Assembly (NCBI GenBank): GCA_016218805.1
Contig: JACRCW010000081.1
Span: 1-64,000 of the forward strand
Length of the DNA stretch: 64,000 nt
Source: Deltaproteobacteria bacterium
GTDB lineage: Bacteria; Myxococcota; JACRCW01
Direction: 5' to 3'
Shown piece after piece: positions 1 to 8,788 of the stretch. The notes under the pieces were generated by a model. The model was not told the DNA's origin, did no database searches, and saw nothing but the letters and a program-made list of their open reading frames with translations. Made by a program: the position numbers and the translations under genes. Within the stretch, counting starts at the first letter, position 1; each line of letters begins with the position of its first letter.

Positions 1-165
1 ATGGTGCCCACCGAGCAGCTGGGCGAAGGGCCGTGGACAGTGGACGCGCGGGAGACCGCGTTGACCGGGCCAGCGGGCAAACGGTGGGCCGTGGGCATGC
101 CCATGCGCGTGCGCGTGACCGGCGCGGATGAGGAGCTGGGACGGGTGGAGTTTGCGCCGGGGTGA
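1..165 (+). CDS. 3' end of a gene, probably the C-terminal S1 domain of ribonuclease R (5' truncated by the window edge)
   Basis: Frame 1 is open from base 1 to TGA at 163-165: MVPTEQLGEGPWTVDARETALTGPAGKRWAVGMPMRVRVTGADEELGRVEFAPG. This resembles the RNase R S1 end (L.G...G.R..LG..V.V.V...D.....I.F). Confidence 0.55.
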   Translation: MVPTEQLGEGPWTVDARETALTGPAGKRWAVGMPMRVRVTGADEELGRVEFAPG

Positions 166-500
166 GTGCCGCTCCGCCGGAAGTTGAACCATTGATGCGA
201 AACGCGCGGAATGTCCGCTGGCCGGGCACGCAGGACCGTCAGGGCTGACGGCAGCGGTGGGCGAACAGCACAAGACGCGTCCTCCGGAGCGAGTAAAGAA
301 ATCAAAGCCCTGCCCGGTGTGCGGTCACCTCACGGTGGCTGTCACGCCGCCACCGCGTTGCCGTCACCGCGCGGTACGCGGGTCCGGCCCTTGCAACTGC
401 TCATGCGGGTCAGACCGCTGCTGCAATCCCCGCCCTGGGGAGCGGTCCCAGGCGCCGACTGGTCGTCCGGCGCGCGGGCGCCCGGTGAGGAGGGAGGCCC

Positions 501-1106
501 ATGCGATGTCTCGTGTTTGTGCCGTTGGTGTTCCCGGCCGCGTTCCTGCTGCTGCCGGCGGTGGCGGGGGCTGACGATGCGCGGGTGGTGCCCGCGGCGA
601 GGAGCCTGCTGGCCTGGCAGGTACTGACCGCGGGCGACAGCGTGAAGGAGGCCATTCTGGCGACGAGCGTGACCCTGGAACTGCTGCGGCAGATGCCGGG
701 CGACGACGACGACGGCCTGCGCATCATGGTGTCCTGCGTGGGCACAACGGCGCAGTTGACCGGCGCCGTCCGGGACCGGGCCGCGGAAGAACAGGCCATG
801 GCCGTGACGCTGGGCGTACCGGGCGTGAGGAACGTGGTCAGCACGCTGGTGGTGAATCCCGGGCTTCCGGTTGACCAGAACCTGGAGGCGCACCGCAAGG
901 ACGCCGTGGTTGCCACCGACGTGAAGCTGCACGTGCTGCAGGCGCTCGGGTCAAGCGCGCTGGATATCCGCGTCCAGGCCGAGGACGGTGTGATCACGCT
1001 GAGCGGCCAGGTGGAGGACACGCTGACGCGCGATCTCGTGGTCTACATGGTCAGGGCCCGTCCCGCCGTGCAGCGGGTGATTGACCTGTTGGACACGCAG
1101 CCGTGA
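501..1106 (+). CDS. Secreted dual BON-domain (OsmY-like) protein
   Basis: Signal peptide followed by two BON repeats (AQLTGAV...VPGVRNVVSTLVV; IRVQAEDGVITLSGQV...VQRVIDLL). GGAGG RBS upstream. Confidence 0.8.
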   Translation: MRCLVFVPLVFPAAFLLLPAVAGADDARVVPAARSLLAWQVLTAGDSVKEAILATSVTLELLRQMPGDDDDGLRIMVSCVGTTAQLTGAVRDRAAEEQAMAVTLGVPGVRNVVSTLVVNPGLPVDQNLEAHRKDAVVATDVKLHVLQALGSSALDIRVQAEDGVITLSGQVEDTLTRDLVVYMVRARPAVQRVIDLLDTQP

Positions 1107-1364
1107 GGACGCGCAGGTGTTGCAGTGCGGGGTGGGCGCGGATTGGGATGGGACACCGGGCGCCGCCCATTTGCGGCGCAGTGCACGGACGCCCAGGCCC
1201 AAGGGGCTCCCTCAGTTTGCCCGTGATTCCGGGGCGGTGCGGGTGTCAGGCGGCCTGTTCCGGAACGCGTGGGTGTTGCTGTTGCGCCACACCGCATCCG
1301 GACGGACACAACGGATCCCATTTCAAACGCGATACTTTTCAATGACCTGACCCGCGCCCCGCCG

Positions 1365-1381
1365 TTGGCCCAGAGCCTGCT
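1365..1381 (+). promoter_or_regulatory. Candidate sigma54 (-24/-12) promoter upstream of fabH
   Basis: TTGGCCCAGAGCCTGCT has GG-N10-GC spacing, lies 33 nt before the start codon, and is preceded by an AT-rich tract (1320-1343). Confidence 0.4.
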
Positions 1382-1414
1382 GCATGCCGCCGGACCCAGC
1401 GTCGGGAGTGCGTC

Positions 1415-2407
1415 GTGGAGCAGAAGGTTCGGGCAGCGGTGGCGGGAACGGGAGCCTATCTCCCGCAGGCGCGGCTTACCAACGCCGCCCTGGCCGCGCG
1501 CCTGGACGCCACGGATGAGTGGATTGTTGAGCGCACCGGCATCCGTGAGCGCCGCGTGGCCGCGCGCGAGGAGTCCACCGGGGACATGGCGGCCGCCGCC
1601 GCGCGCGCCGCGCTGCAGGACGCGGGCATCACTGCGGACGAGGTGGACCTCATCATGGTGGCCACCTGCACGCCGGACATGGTGATGCCGTCCACGGCGT
1701 GCCTGGTGCAGCACGCGCTGGGGGCGCGCAAGGCGGCGGCGTTTGACGTCAACGCGGCGTGCAGCGGGTTTGTCTACGCGCTGCACGTGGCGCGCGGGCT
1801 GGTTGAGGCCGGCATGCACCGCACGGTGTTGTGCATTGGCGCGGACAAGATGAGCGGGCTGATGGATGCGCGGGACAAGGGCACGTCCATCCTGTTTGGT
1901 GACGGCGCGGGTGCGGTGGTGGTGCGCCGGGATGAGTCCGGCACGCGCGGGGTGGTGGCCAGCCACATCCACTCCGACGGTGACACCTGGGACCTCATCA
2001 CGGTGCCCGGCGGCGGGAGCCGCGCGCCGCTGACCGCGGCCAACGTGGAGGAAGGTCTGCAATTCATGCAGATGAAGGGCCGCGAGGTGTTCCGGATTGC
2101 GGTGCGCTGCCTGGAAGGCGCGGTGCGCGAGAGCCTGGAGCAGGCCGGGCTGGACGAAAAAGCGGTGGCGCTGTGCATCCCGCACCAGTCCAACGCGCGC
2201 ATTGTGGAGGCGGTGGCGGACCGGCTGCAGTGGCCGCGTGAGAAGGTGTTCACCAACCTGGAATGGGTGGGAAATACGTCGGCGGCGTCCATCCCGGTGG
2301 CGCTGCACCAGGCCCGCACGGAGCGCCGCGTGAAAGCCGGTGACGTGGTCATCCTGGCCGGCATGGGCGCCGGGATGACGTGGGGCGGCGCGGTGGTCCG
2401 CCTCTGA
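1415..2407 (+). CDS. fabH: 3-oxoacyl-ACP synthase III (KAS III)
   Basis: WIVERTGIRERR, catalytic Cys in AACSGF, LFGDGAGA, His in PHQSN, Asn in GNTSAASIP. Confidence 0.93.
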   Translation: MEQKVRAAVAGTGAYLPQARLTNAALAARLDATDEWIVERTGIRERRVAAREESTGDMAAAAARAALQDAGITADEVDLIMVATCTPDMVMPSTACLVQHALGARKAAAFDVNAACSGFVYALHVARGLVEAGMHRTVLCIGADKMSGLMDARDKGTSILFGDGAGAVVVRRDESGTRGVVASHIHSDGDTWDLITVPGGGSRAPLTAANVEEGLQFMQMKGREVFRIAVRCLEGAVRESLEQAGLDEKAVALCIPHQSNARIVEAVADRLQWPREKVFTNLEWVGNTSAASIPVALHQARTERRVKAGDVVILAGMGAGMTWGGAVVRL

Positions 2408-2443
2408 GAGTTTTGTTGTTCTTACGCGCCGGGCCCGGCAAGT

Positions 2444-3076
2444 TCAGCGGTATTCCGTGAAGGCCGCGCGGAACGGGTCCGCGCCGTCGCCCTTGAGTTC
2501 CGGCAGCGCCATCTTGCGGCCGGTGACGGACAGCAGCAGCGCCTCCGCGGTGCCGCTGACCACGGGGCCGTCCCCGCGGGAGGCCCAGCCGGTGTCTTCA
2601 GCCACAAAGCGGAAACCCAAGGGCGTGCCAAAGAACTTCATGTTGCCGGTTCGCATCAGGTGGTCCAGGACGATCCCGGTGCGCTCAGCGGGGAAGGCGC
2701 GCTTGAGTCCCAGCGGGCGCCGGATGTCCAATCCGTGGACAATGATGTCACTGAGCGGTGCTTCCGGCCCCATGCCGGGCGGGGTGAACCGGTGGTCCGC
2801 CCGGGTGCGCAGTACCGCGGCCAACGCACGTGCAGGGCGCTTCTCCCCGTCCGCCTGCTGGTCCGCCATCCGGTTGAAGCTAAATCCCGCGCGCACCAGC
2901 CGGGCCAACGTGCCCGCCAGGCTGGCCTCCAGCGGCCACACCAGGTGCGCAACAACGTGACGAATCTGCCAGCCGCCCATGGCGCTGGGCGCCGTCCATT
3001 GCGCGTCGGTGAGGCTGTCAACGGTGTCACCCAGGATGCGGCGTTCATCCGCAATCATGGCAAAGAGGTCAGACAT
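2444..3076 (-). CDS. Maleylpyruvate isomerase/MDMPI-like protein (TIGR03083-type, DinB superfamily)
   Basis: ERR..L.D.QW.APS..GGW.IRHVVAHL, DIIVHGLDIRRPLG and G.GPVVSG.AEALLL...GR motifs. Start re-called at ATG 3076 with an RBS. Confidence 0.8.
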   Translation of the reverse strand: MSDLFAMIADERRILGDTVDSLTDAQWTAPSAMGGWQIRHVVAHLVWPLEASLAGTLARLVRAGFSFNRMADQQADGEKRPARALAAVLRTRADHRFTPPGMGPEAPLSDIIVHGLDIRRPLGLKRAFPAERTGIVLDHLMRTGNMKFFGTPLGFRFVAEDTGWASRGDGPVVSGTAEALLLSVTGRKMALPELKGDGADPFRAAFTEYR

Positions 3077-3162
3077 GGTTTCTCCCGTAGCAACTGGCGA
3101 TGGCATTGGCACGGAGGTCCGCGGCGGACAACCGCGCCGCGTGGCACCGGTCCGTCACTCCG

Positions 3163-4176
3163 TCACCCCAGGCCCATCTTTTCCATCACGCGTGACAGCG
3201 GGTAGTCCGTCCGCCGCGCCGCCGCCGCCGCCAGCAGCGCCTTCTCGTGGTTGTTCATCATGGGGTCGCCGCGCAGCACGGCGTCCGGTTGGGTCTCAAT
3301 GCGCCGCAGCAGTTCCGAATACACGGTAATGATGAGGCATAGGATGAATGCGCAGTCCCGCGCCATGTCCGGGTAGCGTGCCTCCGCCATGGCCACGCCG
3401 CGCGCTTCCATTTCATGCGCGCGTCCACACAGGTCCACCACCAGCGCGCGCCACGCCGCGGTGCCCTCGCCGCGGCGCAGGATGTCGCGCAGCGTGGATT
3501 CGGAAAGGCCGTGTTTCTCCATGTCCGCCAACGACAGGTACACCAAGCCGGACTGCCCCACGGCCATGTCCTGTTTCACGTCACGCAGGATGTGGGCCAG
3601 GTACGCAAACAACCCGAGTTCCCGGCCGCACGTCTGAAAGTCAAAGGCGTGCACGCGGTACACGCCGTCGTCGTCGCGCATGGCGGCGAGCAGGTAGACG
3701 TAGATGATCGTGGGCGCCACGGTGGCGCCTTCGCCGTATTGCAGGAATTCCGTGAAATCCCTGAACCGCGGATGGTCCACGTCAAACCGCATGGCGTCCA
3801 CAAAGTTCAGCCACACCTGCAACGGCACGGGGAAGGTGTGCGCGGCCGCGGCCAGCGCCAGGTCCACCGGGTCCTCAGACGGGTGGCCGTCATACGCCGC
3901 GCGGATGCGCTGCTCCCAGCGGTCCAGTTCCTTCTGCAGCCCGGCGCGCGCGCCGGCAGACGCCAGCGCCTTGTCCGGCACGTTGTCAATGAAGTCGTCC
4001 ACCAGCCGCATCACCGCGTACATGGCAATGAACGCGTCATAGCGGGCGCGGTCTTCAAAGAACTGGCTGGTCACGTACAGGTTGCTGCGGTCCTTGGCGG
4101 CAATCCGCTCACACACCTCCAGGGCGGCCTTCATCCGCGCCGCGTCCACGCCCGGGAGCCTCAACTGCGTCTTCAC
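3163..4176 (-). CDS. Squalene/phytoene synthase family protein
   Basis: First Asp-rich motif MRLVDDFID, AMRFD, second motif LAHILRDVKQD, G.VYL. The GTG start overlaps the upstream stop (GTGA). Confidence 0.85.
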   Translation of the reverse strand: MKTQLRLPGVDAARMKAALEVCERIAAKDRSNLYVTSQFFEDRARYDAFIAMYAVMRLVDDFIDNVPDKALASAGARAGLQKELDRWEQRIRAAYDGHPSEDPVDLALAAAAHTFPVPLQVWLNFVDAMRFDVDHPRFRDFTEFLQYGEGATVAPTIIYVYLLAAMRDDDGVYRVHAFDFQTCGRELGLFAYLAHILRDVKQDMAVGQSGLVYLSLADMEKHGLSESTLRDILRRGEGTAAWRALVVDLCGRAHEMEARGVAMAEARYPDMARDCAFILCLIITVYSELLRRIETQPDAVLRGDPMMNNHEKALLAAAAARRTDYPLSRVMEKMGLG

Positions 4177-5465
4177 GCCGTCACCTCCGCACCATCCGCA
4201 CCGCCCGCCGCGCCGCGCACGGCCGGCCCGCGCGTGAACAGCGCCCGCAGGATTCCCGCCGCCCCCACGACGTCATGGCGTGGTGCCGCGTGTCCCAGCA
4301 ACGCCAGGAACGCCCACCGCATCCCCGGGTGCGCGCCACACAGCGCCACCGCGGCCCGCATCAACGTGGCGCGCGCGTGCAGCCGCTGCAGCCGCTGGCC
4401 CAGCGCGGCCTCGCCCAGGAACGACCGCCGGCAGCGCGTGTCATATTCCGCCAGCGCGGCGCGCGACACGTCACCGGCGGCGAGCGCGTCATGAAGCACG
4501 TCCCCCGCGTGGCCGCCCGCCATCAACGCGTGGTGGATGCCGTGGCCCGTGAACGGGTCCACCATCGCCCCCGCGTCCCCCACCAGCAGCAGCCCGTCGT
4601 CAACAATGCGGCGGTTCTCGCTGGTGCCCGGCAGAGACCAGCCCTTGAGCCGCGGCACCTCCAGGCCTGCCAGGCGTTCCCGGAACAGCGGCACCTGCTC
4701 GCGCACTTCATCAAACAACTGCGCCGGCCCTTTCCCGATGCGCTCGGAGTCCGCCTTGATGATGCCCACTCCCACGTTCCATTCGTGGTCACCCACGGGG
4801 AGAATCCATGCGCAACCGGGCAGCGTGCGCTCCGTGGTGAAGATCTCCAGGTACGGCTCCGGCAGCATCCGCGGGCTGTGCACGTACGCGCGCGCCGCCA
4901 GGCACAGGTGGTCCGGGTGCTGGTTGAACAGGCCCACGCTGCGCGCCACCGAGCTGGTGGCGCCGTCCGCCCCGACGACGGCGCACGCCTCCATGCGCTC
5001 TACCGTTCCGCCCGGGCGGCGCACGTCCACGGCCGCCACCACGCCGTTGCCGTCACGGATGACGCTGCAGCCTTCGTGACCTTCCTGCACCTCCGCGCCC
5101 GCGGCGCGCGCCTGTTCCAGCAACCAGTGGTCCAGCACCTCACGCTTGATGATCCACCACAGGCGTTGGGCCCCCGCGCCGTCACGGAACATGCCGTGCA
5201 CTTCGGTGCCGCCGGGCGCCACGTAGCGGCTGCCCGTGCACGCGTACCCGCGCGCGCGCAATTCCTCCCACGGCAGGCCCAGGGCGCGGATTGCTTCCTG
5301 CGCCTCGGGCAGCACCACGTCACCGCACACCTTGTCACGCGGGAACCGCTGCCGGTCCAACAGCACCACGCGGCGGCCACGTCGCCGCAGCGCAATGGCC
5401 GTGGCCGACCCGCCCGGCCCTGCGCCCACCACCAGCACCGGCTTTCCCGGGTCCAACGTCGCCAT
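4173..5465 (-). CDS. Geranylgeranyl reductase family FAD-dependent oxidoreductase
   Basis: VVGAGPGGS, FPRDKVCGD, VVGADGATS and LLVGDAGAMVDPFTGHGI motifs. Start re-called at ATG 5465. Confidence 0.85.
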   Translation of the reverse strand: MATLDPGKPVLVVGAGPGGSATAIALRRRGRRVVLLDRQRFPRDKVCGDVVLPEAQEAIRALGLPWEELRARGYACTGSRYVAPGGTEVHGMFRDGAGAQRLWWIIKREVLDHWLLEQARAAGAEVQEGHEGCSVIRDGNGVVAAVDVRRPGGTVERMEACAVVGADGATSSVARSVGLFNQHPDHLCLAARAYVHSPRMLPEPYLEIFTTERTLPGCAWILPVGDHEWNVGVGIIKADSERIGKGPAQLFDEVREQVPLFRERLAGLEVPRLKGWSLPGTSENRRIVDDGLLLVGDAGAMVDPFTGHGIHHALMAGGHAGDVLHDALAAGDVSRAALAEYDTRCRRSFLGEAALGQRLQRLHARATLMRAAVALCGAHPGMRWAFLALLGHAAPRHDVVGAAGILRALFTRGPAVRGAAGGADGAEVTA

Positions 5466-5728
5466 GCCACTCCCGCGCCCCGCTTCCAGGGGGCCGCGCA
5501 ATCCAACGTGCCCGACGGGGGAAGTCAAGCCGCACGCGCGGGGCCCCTAAGCGGCGGCGGTCCGCACGGGTCCACGACGGGATGACGCGTTGCGTTGCCC
5601 CGCCTGGCAACGGAGTTCCCGGAGCTTCTTCCTGACGGGACACCGTCCTGGAGCTTGAACTGCGCGCCGGCCGGGCGCTAGCAGGGCGCCGCGACGTCCG
5701 CGACCGCGCGGACACACGGAGGAAATGC

Positions 5729-6616
5729 ATGGCAAAGGTGGCGTTCCTGGGATTGGGCGTGATGGGCTACCCGATGGCGGGTCACTTGGCGAAGAAGGGC
5801 GGCCACGACGTCACGGTCTACAACCGCACCGCCGCAAAGGCCGCGAAATGGGTGGCCGAACACGGCGGGCGGTCCGCGCCCACGCCGCGCGCGGCGGCGG
5901 CCGGAGCGGAGTTTGTCTGCATGTGCGTGGGGAACGACCACGACGTGCGCGAGGTGGCGCTGGGACCGGACGGCGCGCTGGCCGGGATGGCGTCCGGCGC
6001 GGTGCTGGTGGACCACACCACCGCATCCGCCACGATTGCGCGCGAGCTGCACGCGGCGGCGGCGAAGCAGGGCGTGGGTTTCCTGGATGCGCCGGTGAGC
6101 GGCGGCCAGGCGGGCGCGGTGAACGGGCAGTTGGGCATCATGGTGGGCGGCGAAGACGCGGTATTCGCGCGTGGCAAGCCGGTGCTGGACGTCTACGCGA
6201 AGATGACCGTGCTGGTTGGGGGACCGGGCAGCGGGCAGCTGACCAAGATGGTGAACCAGGTGGCCATTGCGGGCGTGGTGCAGGGGCTGGCCGAGGCGTT
6301 GAACTTTGCCAAGCACGCGCAGTTGGACGTGGAGAAGGTGGTCAGCGTCATCAGCAAGGGCGCGGCGCAGAGCTGGCAGATGGAGAACCGCTGGAAGGCG
6401 ATGGACGCGGTGAAGTTTGACGGGTTTGGTTTTGCGGTGGACTGGATGCGCAAGGACCTGGCCATTGTGCTGGAAGAGGCGACCCGCAACGGCGCGCGTC
6501 TGCCGATGACTGCGCTGGTGGACCAGTTCTACGCGCAGGTGCAGGCGCGCGGTGGCAAGCGCTGGGATACCTGTTCACTGATGGACCTGCTGGCGCGCGA
6601 CCTTCCACCGCGCTGA
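5729..6616 (+). CDS. NAD(P)-dependent oxidoreductase of the 3-hydroxyisobutyrate dehydrogenase family
   Basis: FLGLGVMGYPMA, FLDAPVSGGQAGA, GSGQLTKMVNQ, MRKDL motifs. GGAGG RBS. Confidence 0.92.
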   Translation: MAKVAFLGLGVMGYPMAGHLAKKGGHDVTVYNRTAAKAAKWVAEHGGRSAPTPRAAAAGAEFVCMCVGNDHDVREVALGPDGALAGMASGAVLVDHTTASATIARELHAAAAKQGVGFLDAPVSGGQAGAVNGQLGIMVGGEDAVFARGKPVLDVYAKMTVLVGGPGSGQLTKMVNQVAIAGVVQGLAEALNFAKHAQLDVEKVVSVISKGAAQSWQMENRWKAMDAVKFDGFGFAVDWMRKDLAIVLEEATRNGARLPMTALVDQFYAQVQARGGKRWDTCSLMDLLARDLPPR

Positions 6617-6621
6617 GCGCG

Positions 6622-7911
6622 TCAGGCGGCCGCGGCGGCGCGCTCCATGCGGCGCGCCCCCGTCCACAACAGCACGGCAGCCACGGCGCACGCCGCGGGG
6701 CACAGCAGCAGCGAATAGCGCATCATGCTCGGGTCGGTGGTGACGCCCAGCGCGTCGCTGGTGCGGCCAATGGCCACCGGGCCGATGCCGTACCCGATGA
6801 CATTCACCACGAAATAATACACGCCAATTCCGAGCCCGCGCAGCTGCGGACCGACGACGTCCTGCACATCCGCCGCGGCCGCGCCCATCCAGCTGAGGGC
6901 AAAACCCATGGCCACGAAATACGGGATGATCACCATCCAGAAGCTGCCCGCCGCCAGCATGGCGAACCACAGCGGGATGCAGATGGCCGCGCACATGGCC
7001 GAGAAGCGCATGCGCCCGCCGGCCCAGCGCTTGCGGAACGCGTCCGCGCCCAAGCCGCCCAGCACGCTGCCGATGAGGCCGCCCACCGCTGCGCTGAAGC
7101 CGGTGTAGCCGCCCACCTCGGCGAGGTCCATGGCGAACACCTTGTGGATGAACGACGGAATCCACATGGACAGCGCCTGCCCCGCCATGGCGAAGAACGC
7201 GTACCCGAAATAGTGGAACCGCAGCGTTCCCGACGACAGCACCACCTTCCACGCATCCGGCGGCGCCCCCGTGGCCGGCTTCTTCTCGGTGCTGCCGCGC
7301 ACCGGCTCGCGCACGAACAGTACGAGCACCGCGAACAGCAGGCCCGGGAAGCCGAGCAGGTAGAACGCCCAGCGCCAGCCGAACTCCCGTTGGATGAGCC
7401 CCCCGACGGTGAGTGCGACGCCCGCCCCAATGGGCACACCCGCGGTGAAGATGGCCGCCGCGGTGGCGCGCATGCGCGTGGGGAACAGGTCCGCCAGCAG
7501 CGACAGCGCCGCGGGGCCCAGCGTGGCTTCGCCCACGCCGACCATCAGGCGGCACAGGAAGATGCCGGTGAAGGACTCCATGAATCCCGTGAGACCGGAG
7601 AACACGCTCCAAATCACCAAGCCCACCGCAATCATCTTCTTGCGCACCACGCGGTCCGCCAGCCGCCCAAACGGCACGCCCAGCAGCGTGTAGAAGATGA
7701 CAAACGACGTGGATCCCAGCAGCGCGAGCTGCGTCTCCGTGAGCGCCATCTCCTTCTTGATGGGGCCGAACAGGATGTAGATGAGCGTGCGGTCCAGGAA
7801 GTTGAGCAGGTAAACGGTGAACAGCACCGCCAGACCGTACCAGCTGGAAGCGGGGATTTTCTCGTCGGCCGCGGGACCCGCAGCCGGACCATCGTTCAGC
7901 AGCAACGCCAT
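6622..7911 (-). CDS. MFS transporter (spinster-like)
   Basis: LLNFLDR, MFS motif A GRLADRVVRKK, RLMVGVGEA and LLADLFP, with about 12 hydrophobic segments. Start re-called at ATG 7911 (GAGAGG RBS, 10 nt after the upstream stop). Confidence 0.88.
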   Translation of the reverse strand: MALLLNDGPAAGPAADEKIPASSWYGLAVLFTVYLLNFLDRTLIYILFGPIKKEMALTETQLALLGSTSFVIFYTLLGVPFGRLADRVVRKKMIAVGLVIWSVFSGLTGFMESFTGIFLCRLMVGVGEATLGPAALSLLADLFPTRMRATAAAIFTAGVPIGAGVALTVGGLIQREFGWRWAFYLLGFPGLLFAVLVLFVREPVRGSTEKKPATGAPPDAWKVVLSSGTLRFHYFGYAFFAMAGQALSMWIPSFIHKVFAMDLAEVGGYTGFSAAVGGLIGSVLGGLGADAFRKRWAGGRMRFSAMCAAICIPLWFAMLAAGSFWMVIIPYFVAMGFALSWMGAAAADVQDVVGPQLRGLGIGVYYFVVNVIGYGIGPVAIGRTSDALGVTTDPSMMRYSLLLCPAACAVAAVLLWTGARRMERAAAAA

Positions 7912-7921
7912 GGGGAACCTC

Positions 7922-8788
7922 TCAGAGGGAGAGCCGCCAGACCTCGTGCGCGGAAGTGAAGGAATCAGGAATGGTGTCAGCCAGGCGGCCCATGGGCGAA
8001 ATGACGCGGGCCACCTCGCCCAGGCACTCATGCACCCAGACGTGCGTGACCTGCTGCGCGTCACCGGCGACCAGCGTGCGCCGCAACCGCACCGTCACGC
8101 GCAGCGTGTTCTCCAGGATCATGTCCGGGAGCACCAGGGTGCCGCGGCCGGTCACGCGCACGTCGTAGATGTCGGACAGCGCGGTGGTGAGCCCCAGCAG
8201 CACCGCGTTGGAGGCGCGCGCCGTCGTGGTGACGTGCGCGTCTTCGCGCAGCGGGTATGGGTAGAGCGTCACCGGCACGTCGTAGACCAGCAGGGTGCGG
8301 CCCTCCGCGGGGTCCTGTTCGGCGGAGGCGCTGCCCAGCAGGTGCACGCCCGCGTCATCAATGCGAAGCGGGCCCAGCAGCCGGCCGCCCGGTGTCAGCG
8401 GCCCCGCGTAGTCCGCCTGCGGGAAGGAAGGCGCGAACCACTGGTTCTCCAGCGTCTGCAACTCCAGCCGCGCCAACGGCTGGGAATCGGGCAGCGGGGT
8501 GGAGAAGTCCCAGCGCCGGATGCCGGTCTCATCCACGTAGCCATCCACGTCCACGTCCATGGGACCGGAGCCCACTCGGATGCGCGCCACCGCGCCCAGG
8601 ACAAACGGCATTTCCTGGCGTTCAATCACGCCGTCGTTGTTGGGGCGGCAATCGGGCGCATTGACGGGTGAGACGTATGAGTCGTCCTCGCGTGCGGGGG
8701 CGGGCTCGCAGCCGTAGGGCGCGCCCGCCACGCAGCCTGCGAGCACCGTGGTGGACAACCAGACCAATTGCCGGGATTCACCTTGCAT
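7922..8788 (-). CDS. Lipoprotein of unknown function, paralog of 11482..12489
   Basis: Lipobox VLAGC. Shares WDF, WF..(F/Y)P.A.Y, LLG.AS, (Y/F)PL, D.Y, LRV, C.G.V..V.S and F..A.E..RL.L with the paralog. Confidence 0.75.
   Translation of the reverse strand: MQGESRQLVWLSTTVLAGCVAGAPYGCEPAPAREDDSYVSPVNAPDCRPNNDGVIERQEMPFVLGAVARIRVGSGPMDVDVDGYVDETGIRRWDFSTPLPDSQPLARLELQTLENQWFAPSFPQADYAGPLTPGGRLLGPLRIDDAGVHLLGSASAEQDPAEGRTLLVYDVPVTLYPYPLREDAHVTTTARASNAVLLGLTTALSDIYDVRVTGRGTLVLPDMILENTLRVTVRLRRTLVAGDAQQVTHVWVHECLGEVARVISPMGRLADTIPDSFTSAHEVWRLSL

Noticed and set aside
4173..5465. Squalene epoxidase call (next to the squalene synthase-like gene)
   Set aside because: FPRDKVCGD and DPFTG.GI match the geranylgeranyl reductase family better. 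A phylogeny would be needed to overturn this.
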